DNA of 64,000 nt. Source: Bacteroidales bacterium. Lineage in GTDB: Bacteria > Bacteroidota > Bacteroidia > Bacteroidales > Bacteroidaceae. The DNA lies in contig SUXN01000012.1 in the NCBI GenBank assembly GCA_015060965.1, positions 10 through 64,009 on the forward strand, written 5' to 3'. Below are positions 38,165 through 46,900 of this stretch, in pieces (position 1 is the first letter of the stretch; each line of letters opens with the position of its first letter). A model generated the notes under the pieces. The model had not been told where the DNA came from, ran no database searches, and worked only from the letters and a program-made list of their open reading frames with translations. The position numbers were made by a program, and so were the translations under genes.

Positions 38165-39583
38165 TCACTTTATCTCATTAACCTGGTTTATTGCATCCGC
38201 AGCCTCCTCTACACCCATTTCAAGAGCTTTTCCGAGGAGCTCAAGCGCCTTGTCATAGTCCTTCACGAATGCTGCATAGATGCCACGTGCATAGACTGCC
38301 TCGGCCGAATCGCCAGCCTTGTCAAGATGCCTCCGCGCACTTGTTATATCTTTATTCTGCATCTCAGATATCGCGGCATTGAGGTTTGCCACAGGATCAT
38401 TGGGGTACATACGCACCGCAGTCTCGAACACATCATTCAGTTCCTGTGAATCATTGTCATACTGCTGGGCAAGGATATAAAACTCCTCAAGGCTGAGTTT
38501 TTGAGGACTCTCGGCAAACACCCTCTTGATCTCTTCAACATCGCTGTAGCAACGTATCGTATATTCGACCTTGTAGTCAGAGTGACGCAGTGCCGGGTAA
38601 CACTCCTTATACATTATACTGTAATCCTCGGGATACTTTGACTTGATGACCCACTCTTTGTTGTCGGGCTCACGATTCCCGTCGATGAGGGCCAGAATGG
38701 CAGTCCTGTTCGGGAGTGACGATGCCTCTACATACTTTCTCAAACCGTCCCAATCCTCGGGTTCGTATGAAGTCTGAATGAAGTCTGGGGCGAAGTCATA
38801 AAGGTTCTGGACATATTTCTTGAGAGCCTCTGTACGTCCTTTTGCAAGACGTTCATTGTTTGCATAACCGCCCTCGGGAGAGGCAAAACCCTTGATGACA
38901 AGAGAATTGAGTGTAATATCCTTATCATTTTTCACAGAATCGATAGTCGCTGTAATCTTTGCAAGTTCGCTCCGGTTGCTGCGGTATGCCGGATTGATGA
39001 CAGTCTTGTTTACTACGAAGTCAATGAAAGCAGAACCGCTGAGTGCGCGTGTCTTTTCCGCCTCGGTGGCAGGGCGTACATATACATACTTGGGAGAGAA
39101 CACCAGTTCCTTGAAGAGGCCTATCTGCGCAAACTGTTCATCTACGAGCTTGGTGCAGCAGCCATAGTCACCGCGATGAAGCACAAGATGTGCACCGTTC
39201 ATCCAGTTCTCATAAGGAACAACTACATTATAGTCCATATCCTCAGGCATATCCGACGCGCGGTAACTCTTGCCGTTCTCACCGGCAATGATGCTCTTGT
39301 CGTTACGGACATAGTAGTAATAGCGGCGGCGGCCATAGAAGCCCACCGATGAGAGTTCAACGCTGTCACCGCCATTCACCAGAATAGGAGTGAAGAGCAC
39401 AGCACGGTTTGAAGAGACATCGAGAGCCGAAAAATCGACATGCATATTCACAGCCAGGAATTCGCCATTGCGTTTCATACGCAGATTCTCGACCTTTATA
39501 CCATCGACGCTCTGTGCATCGACAGCAGAAAAAGCAGCGAACAAGGCTAACAGAAGAAATAATATACGTTTCATCGTTGTCAT
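38165..39583 (-). CDS. DUF3868-type protein with OmpA-like and TPR-like C-terminal regions
   Basis: Signal peptide, then VENLRMKRNGEFLAVNMHVDFS (DUF3868-like) and FASPEGGYANNERLAKGRTEALKKYV (OmpA-like peptidoglycan-binding motif). Confidence 0.7.
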   Translation of the reverse strand: MTTMKRILFLLLALFAAFSAVDAQSVDGIKVENLRMKRNGEFLAVNMHVDFSALDVSSNRAVLFTPILVNGGDSVELSSVGFYGRRRYYYYVRNDKSIIAGENGKSYRASDMPEDMDYNVVVPYENWMNGAHLVLHRGDYGCCTKLVDEQFAQIGLFKELVFSPKYVYVRPATEAEKTRALSGSAFIDFVVNKTVINPAYRSNRSELAKITATIDSVKNDKDITLNSLVIKGFASPEGGYANNERLAKGRTEALKKYVQNLYDFAPDFIQTSYEPEDWDGLRKYVEASSLPNRTAILALIDGNREPDNKEWVIKSKYPEDYSIMYKECYPALRHSDYKVEYTIRCYSDVEEIKRVFAESPQKLSLEEFYILAQQYDNDSQELNDVFETAVRMYPNDPVANLNAAISEMQNKDITSARRHLDKAGDSAEAVYARGIYAAFVKDYDKALELLGKALEMGVEEAADAINQVNEIK

Positions 39584-39586
39584 TTT

Positions 39587-40183
39587 TTAAAAAAGATACA
39601 CTAAGTTAATTGCAGCCTTGGTAGGACCCACATAATGGTGGTCAGCATCCTCCTCAACCTTTCTGCCACAGCCCACACACTCAAAGGTATCGAACCTTGT
39701 ATAGCTGTAGCCGAATCCTATCTCTGCCTCGAGATTCCAATGCTCGTTCAGAATCCAGGAGTAGCCATATGCAAGACCGGCTCCTGCGAACCACCCCTGG
39801 AAACGGCTGTCACTAAGCCTTGAGAAATCAGTTCCCAAGAAAGATATGCTATTCTTCAGTCCACCCACATTGTATTGTCCTCCATGCAAGTGGAAACCAA
39901 GGAAATGCCCCGAGAAACGGTCACAGAACCAATACCTGAACTCAGGCTGTACAAGCCAGTGCTTCCATTTGCGGCCATGTGACATGTCCCATGCGTTGAA
40001 GTTGCCCGACACATCAAGACTCCATTTTGGTGCCAGACCGAGTTCTATACCCGCATTGACATTTGCAGTCACGTCATAGACAATATTTGTCTTGAGCGCG
40101 ACCTTTTGCGCCTTTGCCTCCTGTGCAAGAAACAGCGCCATTGCCAAAAGCAGCAAACAAGATAATTTTTTGCTAACACTCAT
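39587..40183 (-). CDS. DUF3575-family outer-membrane beta-barrel protein
   Basis: Signal peptide, then ALKTNIVYD...LAPKWSLDVSGNFNAW...KHWLVQPEFRYW, characteristic of DUF3575. First gene of the pilus operon. Confidence 0.8.
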   Translation of the reverse strand: MSVSKKLSCLLLLAMALFLAQEAKAQKVALKTNIVYDVTANVNAGIELGLAPKWSLDVSGNFNAWDMSHGRKWKHWLVQPEFRYWFCDRFSGHFLGFHLHGGQYNVGGLKNSISFLGTDFSRLSDSRFQGWFAGAGLAYGYSWILNEHWNLEAEIGFGYSYTRFDTFECVGCGRKVEEDADHHYVGPTKAAINLVYLF

Positions 40184-40383
40184 ATCGTTTATGTTTTAGA
40201 TTTAATAAGCTGTTTAAAATCCCATGAAGCTGATGTTCCGTTGTCATTTTCAGGAATCACCGTTTATCCCTTTTCCTCAGGTTACAATCGTCATCTACAC
40301 CTTTTAATATTAATTCCCCTAACGACTCCCCTTTGATCACACCACAAATTAAATCCATTTACAAGAAGAACATTTTCCTCTGC

Positions 40384-40467
40384 AATGAAAAGAGTTTTCG
40401 CTCTATTGAAAACAGTTTTCCCTCCATTGAAAAGCCTTTACTCTCCGTTGATTTTCTTTTCCGTATG
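40384..40467. promoter_or_regulatory. Four tandem 21-bp-phased motif copies (ATTGAAAnnnnTTTnCnCTC-like)
   Basis: Copies start at 40384, 40405, 40426 and 40447: AATGAAAAGAGTTTTCGCTCT, ATTGAAAACAGTTTTCCCTCC, ATTGAAAAGCCTTTACTCTCC, GTTGATTTTCTTTTCCGTATG. They lie 200-285 bp upstream of the pilus operon ATG. Confidence 0.6.
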
Positions 40468-40513
40468 TGTACAGAACAGCGTCCAGGAAGCCTTAGGAAG
40501 GCATTTACACTTT

Positions 40514-40918
40514 TTAAAAGGAGCCGGCCTTTTCATTGAACTCCGCAACTGTCACCAGTTGCCTGACAACAAACTTTGCTGGGTCACAATCCACATCATT
40601 ATTATAGAGGAATGCGTCCCAACAGCAACCTATCATACTCTCATATATCGTATTCAACTTGCAGCACAGATTGTACAATTCTTCGAAAGTGCCCATTCCA
40701 CCGCTGATCTCATTTTTAAGTTCATCGGCAAGGAACTGATAGTGCAGGAACTCCTCACGCCTCAGATGAAGTTGATAAGGAGAGAATGCAAACAGATTGG
40801 CACAGGTAGCCTCACATAATTCCGAGAAGGACAGAATACATTCCATATCGTCAATCCAGTCAATGGAGACAAAAAGAACATTAGCATTTGTTTTGTCACT
40901 ATTCATACATATCAACAA
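40514..40918 (-). CDS. Hypothetical acidic Cys-rich cytoplasmic protein (134 aa)
   Basis: ORF with a protein-like composition, 9 Cys including two CC pairs, and no signal peptide. A less protein-like + strand ORF (40385-40819) overlaps it. I recognise no family. Confidence 0.45.
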   Translation of the reverse strand: MLICMNSDKTNANVLFVSIDWIDDMECILSFSELCEATCANLFAFSPYQLHLRREEFLHYQFLADELKNEISGGMGTFEELYNLCCKLNTIYESMIGCCWDAFLYNNDVDCDPAKFVVRQLVTVAEFNEKAGSF

Positions 40919-40973
40919 TCAGATAATCCTGTCACGAAATAAATATCTGTACCGGAAATATTGTTTCCTCTTT

Positions 40974-41015
40974 ATTGAATTTGATTTCCACCGGATTGAA
41001 ATCTGTTTCTCTACA
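40974..41015. promoter_or_regulatory. Two further 21-bp-spaced copies of the ATTGAA motif
   Basis: ATTGAATTTGATTTCCACCGG (40974) and ATTGAAATCTGTTTCTCTACA (40995) have the same orientation as cluster 40384-40467. They lie upstream of the 134-aa ORF. Confidence 0.5.
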
Positions 41016-41080
41016 GTTTACACAAATTTCCAAGCAGTTGAATAGAGAAATACAAATCACTATATAACAGCATATTACAC

Positions 41081-41124
41081 AACGTCACAAGGGAAACATC
41101 CACGGATGTTTCCCTTGTGACGTT
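41081..41124 (-). terminator. Long palindromic terminator after the AraC-type gene
   Basis: aacgtcacaagggaaacatcc / ggatgtttcccttgtgacgtt gives a roughly 19-21 bp stem, 15 nt downstream of the stop. Confidence 0.7.
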
Positions 41125-41138
41125 AATATATATAGTTT

Positions 41139-42251
41139 TTATTGCTCCCTGTGTTGTGACGGTGCCGGCACACCCTGCTGAACGAATGCCTTGTTCATTG
41201 AGGCAGGCGAAGCGAAGCCTGAACGGAATGCGATATCAAGCATCTTTGAATTAGGCTCCTCTTTAATGAGACGTATCGCATACTTGACACGATAGCTGTT
41301 GACCATATCATAGAAGGACTTATAACCGCTACGGGCTATAGTCTCACAAAGATAGTTCCTGTTGGTCGACAGTTCCTTGAGCAGTACCTCAAGCGAGAGA
41401 TGAGGAGTAAGGAATATCTCTTTCTCATTGAAGAGCTTCAGCAGATTATCCCTAAGCTGTTCATAACGCGAGTCGGACAACCTGTGTTTCGATTTTGCCG
41501 CCACACTCTCCACCACATCGTTGTACACACGCTTCTCCTTGATGAATTCAATCTCGTGCCAAGGGTCAAGAGTAAAGACAACAAACAGGACCGTAATTAT
41601 TGTCAATATTATATCTGTGGAAAACTTGACCCACGGATCATCGCACAAGTAATTCACAGCCAAGATTATACACAACAGAGTGGGCAGACGGAAGACATAA
41701 TTCGGGAAAGAACGATAGAAATCCTTCACATCGGCATATTCGAATTCATCGACTCCACGTGAAACCCTCTTGATTCTTACAGCCATCTGTATTGTCAGTG
41801 CAAAGAACACAAGGAATATCAAGAAAGTGAGAATGATGACAGCAATCCTTCCTTGCGGTGTAAAGGTAATTGAATTCGTTACACGGAGAAAAAATATCAC
41901 CAGCACAAGCAATGACGGCAGAAATAAGATTTTCTCAACATTCGTCGACCCCTTTTTCGGGAAAAAGACCTTGCGGCATATGACAAGCATCAAAGGAGGC
42001 GTAAACAACAACGAGAAGGCATTTGCAAACCTCAAAGCCTTTACATTCTCAAGTTCAAACAGATATATCAGCTCGAAAATCTGCATAAAGAACAGCAAGC
42101 CCACAAAGAACTGGGCCGGGAACAATCTCTCGAAATGTTCATTATACGCCTTTGGCCTATAACACCACTTGATGATGGCACCGAACAAACTCACTGTTAT
42201 AAAAACAATGTTTGCAGCAAAGAATAGTTGTATTTGCATTTCCATTATCAT
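41139..42251 (-). CDS. Membrane-embedded AraC-family transcriptional regulator
   Basis: About 6-7 predicted TM helices in the N-terminal 240 aa. The C-terminus is an AraC-type HTH (LSLEVLLKELSTNRNYLCETI...AFRSGFASPASMNKAF). Confidence 0.8.
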   Translation of the reverse strand: MIMEMQIQLFFAANIVFITVSLFGAIIKWCYRPKAYNEHFERLFPAQFFVGLLFFMQIFELIYLFELENVKALRFANAFSLLFTPPLMLVICRKVFFPKKGSTNVEKILFLPSLLVLVIFFLRVTNSITFTPQGRIAVIILTFLIFLVFFALTIQMAVRIKRVSRGVDEFEYADVKDFYRSFPNYVFRLPTLLCIILAVNYLCDDPWVKFSTDIILTIITVLFVVFTLDPWHEIEFIKEKRVYNDVVESVAAKSKHRLSDSRYEQLRDNLLKLFNEKEIFLTPHLSLEVLLKELSTNRNYLCETIARSGYKSFYDMVNSYRVKYAIRLIKEEPNSKMLDIAFRSGFASPASMNKAFVQQGVPAPSQHREQ

Positions 42252-42449
42252 TCTTACGGCATCGTTTGCACGGTGTCAAATTATTGTTTACTTATGCAAA
42301 AGTAAACTTTTTCTAAAAAAATGTAAACACAAAATATATTTTTATCGCGTATATCCTAAAAAAAACAGCATAAGAGGAAAGTGCAGCGACCATAATATAC
42401 AAGAATTATAAGAAATTGTATCCTTGACCCCAACCTACACTTCCGGAAA

Positions 42450-43718
42450 CTATTTCTTCAGATAATGCAGCACAACGCTGTTTCCTTTGCGGAAAAGTTC
42501 CTTAGCGGCAGAACGCAGAGCCTCGGCTGTTACAGCCCTGTAATATTCCGGCTCACGGAAATGGGTGTCAATATCACCCCTCATCACTGCAAGGGCCACA
42601 TTACCGCCAAGGTTCTCACCGCCCAGGTTACGGAAAGTGAACTCCGACTCAAAGCGGTTACGTACCTTCTCAAGCTCAGCCTGCGGAACAAGTTCACTCT
42701 TCAGTTGCTCAAGCTCTGCCCACACTGCCGCCTCGGCATCCTCAATAGCCACCCCGTCGGGAACACGCGAATATATCCAGAACATTCCGGCATCCTCACT
42801 ACCCGATATAAAGGCATCTATCTTTGAAAAGAGCCTCTTTTCCTTCACAAGACGCGCCTGCAGACGGCCTGAATAGCCGTTGGAAAGGACGTCGGAAATA
42901 ACATCGCAAGGATAATAGTCGGCATCTGTACGGCTACCCATGTGAAAGCCCATATACAAAGCATTTTCAGGAACATTACGGCGTACCGTCCTGCGGCGCT
43001 GGCGTGTCTGGCGCGGTTCCTGTGGCAGTTCTGTCTTGGGAGCGCCCTTTGCGGGAATTGCCCCGAACCACTTGCGGCTCCACTCCATCACCTGTCCGAA
43101 AGGAATATCACCCACAACCGAGAGCACGGCATTGTCGGGTGCATAATAACGGTCATAGAAACGGCGTATCATGCTCACCGGTGTGTCGGCAATATGCGCG
43201 AAGCAACGTCCGATAGTCGACCAGCGGTAAGGATGCACCTTGTAGGCCATGGAACGCAGGATGCTGCTTACATCGCCGTAAGGGCGGTTGAGGGTTGTCT
43301 GCTTGAACTCCTCGATTACCACCTGACGCTGTACATCAACCTTTTTCTTTTCAAAAGTGATGTTACGCATACGGTCGCTCTCCATCCAGAAGGCCAGTTC
43401 GGCATTCTGTTTGGGCAAAGAGATATAATAACAGGTGACATCATTGTTGGTATAAGCATTGTTCTCGCCGCCGGCACGCTCTAAAGGCTCGTCGAACGAC
43501 GGCACAGCCTTTGTACCCTCGAACATCAGATGCTCGAGCAGATGGGCTATACCCGTATGTCCAAAATCCTCGTTGCGTGCGCCCACCCCGTAGAGCAGGT
43601 TCACGAATACCATTGCAGCCCCGTCCGAGGGTATATGCACCACACGCAGCCCGTTATCCAATGTCGCGATGTTCATTTCAGGTGTCACCATAATACGTTC
43701 TTTTCGTTTACTGTGCAA
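42450..43718 (-). CDS. M16-family zinc peptidase (insulinase-like)
   Basis: HxxEH zinc motif (GIAHLLEHLMFEG) with a downstream Glu region. The exact start is uncertain (alternative MVTPEMN). Confidence 0.85.
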   Translation of the reverse strand: MHSKRKERIMVTPEMNIATLDNGLRVVHIPSDGAAMVFVNLLYGVGARNEDFGHTGIAHLLEHLMFEGTKAVPSFDEPLERAGGENNAYTNNDVTCYYISLPKQNAELAFWMESDRMRNITFEKKKVDVQRQVVIEEFKQTTLNRPYGDVSSILRSMAYKVHPYRWSTIGRCFAHIADTPVSMIRRFYDRYYAPDNAVLSVVGDIPFGQVMEWSRKWFGAIPAKGAPKTELPQEPRQTRQRRRTVRRNVPENALYMGFHMGSRTDADYYPCDVISDVLSNGYSGRLQARLVKEKRLFSKIDAFISGSEDAGMFWIYSRVPDGVAIEDAEAAVWAELEQLKSELVPQAELEKVRNRFESEFTFRNLGGENLGGNVALAVMRGDIDTHFREPEYYRAVTAEALRSAAKELFRKGNSVVLHYLKK

Positions 43719-43900
43719 AAGTAGCTATAAATAGTCAAAAAAACCAAAACAAATGTTCCTTACACAACTAAAAAAGAGGAATGGCCTGCAGAATTGTTTA
43801 ATTATTGTTATAAACCTTTCCAAAACAAAAGTAATGGCAGAAAATGTGGAACAATATCCGTAAAAATGACTATTTTCGCAGGAATTATCCAGGCGCAGCA

Positions 43901-46900
43901 ATGAAAAAGAAGAAGAGCATTTTAAGCAGGATAGTCAGGAGTATCCTGATTATTGCCGCTATCCCCATTATCATATTGTGGATAGCGATTATAGCTCTCT
44001 ACCTGCCGCCTGTACAGCGGTATGCCGCCGACATGCTCTGCCGCAAGATAAGCGAGAGCAGCTGTTACGATATAAGTATAGGCTCACTGCACCTTGCCTT
44101 TCCGCTCAAGCTCAACATTGGGGACTTTTCCATGTCGCGCAACGGCACACCTTATATAAATGGTGAGAAAGCCAACCTTAACGTCTCGCTGTTGCCGTTG
44201 CTCACGGGAGAAGTTGAACTCAATTACATCTATCTCGAGAATATCGGCCTTGACACAAAAGATATGATTCCCGACGTTGCCATCAACGGCAACATAGGAT
44301 ATTTCAGGACCACTGCACGCAACATCGACCTTGAGAAGGAGATTGCCGATATCAGGCAAGTCCACCTGCACAGCACACATCTGGATATAACACTCACCGA
44401 CACGGTCCCGAGCAAGGACGACGAAGAAGAGAGCACATTCAAATGGGCTTTCAGGCTCCACAAAGGAAACATCGGGGATTGCAGTGTCAACATAGCACTC
44501 CCTGCGCAAGGTATCAGCACAGCCGCTTCCATCGGTAGCCTGGAACTGGAGGAAGGCACAGCCGACATTGGCACGCAGACATACACTCTTGAGAGGTTAG
44601 GGCTTGACAACTGCGGCATAGAGTATGACTTGAGAGGCGGCAACGTACCCCTTGACCACATCAATGTAGAGGATATAAGCCTCGAATGCAGCGACCTTGC
44701 ATACACTCCCGAATATGCCAAAGCCGAGATAAAGGATTTCACATTCACACAACCCGGCGGAATGAGCATTACGAAGACAAGCGCATCACTCTTTGCCGAC
44801 AGCAACTCACTCGAGGTAAGGAGGCTGGCTATGGACAGCCGTAACGGCTCGTACGTCATAGCCAAAGGCTCAATGCCGTGGGAGGCACTACGCAAGGGCA
44901 CTACCCCAAAGCTCATTGCCGACCTTGACGTAAGGCTCAACAAGCGCGACCTCGCCGAACTGATAACTGACGAGCAGTACAAGGCGCTGTCGATATTCCA
45001 AGACGATATGTTCAGCAGCAACATCAAAGTCAGCGGCAATATGACAAGGATGGAGATAGACACCCTCAACATAATAGCCCCATCCATAGCAACGGTCGGT
45101 GCAAAGGGTTATGCCACAAACCTGACCGATGCAAAGAGAATGGCAGCGACACTGCAGATACAAGGAAGTGCCGACGACATACGCCGTTTCATTGACAACA
45201 AAGCGGACACTATAGCCAACGCCTACGGCAAGGCCGACATTGCAGGAACAATAGGATACAGCAACGGCACAGCCGACGCCCACATTGACATTGCGGCTGC
45301 CGGCGGCACAGCAACGGCAAAAGCCACATACGAAGTGAACGCAAGCCGCTACGATGCAGACATTGCCGTAAGCGAAGTGGATATAAACCGCATAATGCCC
45401 GAACTTCCGCTCAAGAAGCTTACAATGAACATGATAGCCAAGGGAGAAGGCACGGACCTGTTCAGCAGCCACACAACATACAACGCACATATAACCCTTG
45501 ACACACTGCTTTACGGCGAGACGGCATTAGGCAACATAATATTGGATGCCAGCCAGGCAAACGGTCTTTCAAGGATTGACATAAACGGTGATGACAGCAA
45601 CCTCAAGTTCAGTCTCAATGCCGAGACACTGCTCGACAGCGCAATGATAAAGAACAGCACGCATCTTGACATAGCCAAGGCCGACTTCGGGAAGCTGAAT
45701 ATCGCACAGGGCCTTAGTACGCAGATGCAGCTTGCCCTGGAGCTCAGCACCGACATGGGCGAGGTACACGCCATAAGATTAAAGGGAGAGGAGATAGATA
45801 TCACCACTCCACAAAAAAGTTTCAACCCGAAGAACATATATATCAATGCGGCCACAACGCCCGACTCCACATTCATATATGCACAGAACGGCGACCTCAA
45901 TATAAACGGCGAGATGAGCAGCGGCTACAACGGCCTTTTCAGCTCGCTCGACAAGGTTGCAAGGTTATTTATGGATGCACTGCAGAACGAGGATATGGTA
46001 CATTACCTGCAGGACTACGAAAAAGAACTGCCTACCATAACGTTGGGCGTGCAGTGCGGTCGTGACAATGTGTTGGCAAATCTGCTGGCCATGAAAGGAG
46101 TAACAGCAAACTCAATGAATATAGACCTGAAGATGGACTCCCTCGACGGACTCAATATGCGCGGTGGCGTGTACGGGCTCAAGAGCGGCGAACTGAACCT
46201 TGACACCGTGAGAGTACTTACAAGGCAGGAGGGCAACAGGATAAGATATTTCGCAGGAGTGCGCAGCACCGCCCTCAACCCCGACAATGTCAAGGAGAGC
46301 TACAACGCCGCACTGTTCGGCAACCTTGCCGACGACACCCTCTCGACAAACTTCGTGTTCCGCGACCAGAACGAGAAGATTGGCGTGAGGATAGGAGCGA
46401 CAACAAAATTGAGACCACGCAGCATCGACATAAAATTCAAGCCACAGGCAATGCTTCTGGGCAAAAAATTCAGTTTCAACCCCGACAACTACATAAACAT
46501 CGGTGAGGGATTCAAGACCGATGCCGATGTCATGCTCAGCAGCAATGAAGGGACAGGAATGCACCTGCGCACCCTCCCCGGCGGAGAGCAGGAACAGAGC
46601 GCAAACCTCGAACTCTGGGGTCTTGACCTCAAGAGCCTGACAAGCATAATACCCTACTCGCCCGACATTGCCGGAACATTGGACCTTGACCTGCATTTCA
46701 GGCAAGACAGCGAGGGCATTCTGCTCAGCAGCGACATAAACGCAGGAGGACTCTCATACGAGGGTGTATATGTGGGAAATGAGAGAATTGAGGCCGTCTA
46801 CCTACCAAAGGAGGACAACACGCACTATCTTGACCTGCTGCTTATGCACGAGGAAGAGGAGGTTGCCCACATATCGGGTAACTACAGGGAGAGCGGCAAC

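Noticed and set aside
40385-40819. 144-aa + strand ORF overlapping the phased repeats and the Cys-rich ORF
   Set aside because: It starts inside the 21-bp repeat array, its composition is hydrophobic and irregular, and it runs antisense to a more protein-like frame. The choice between the two frames remains uncertain and is flagged in the findings.
44230-45087. 285-aa ORF (and other 100-200-aa ORFs) antisense to tamB
   Set aside because: It is embedded in the 1550-aa TamB frame and has an S/L/R-rich composition without motifs. It is an artefact of low stop-codon frequency on the antisense strand.
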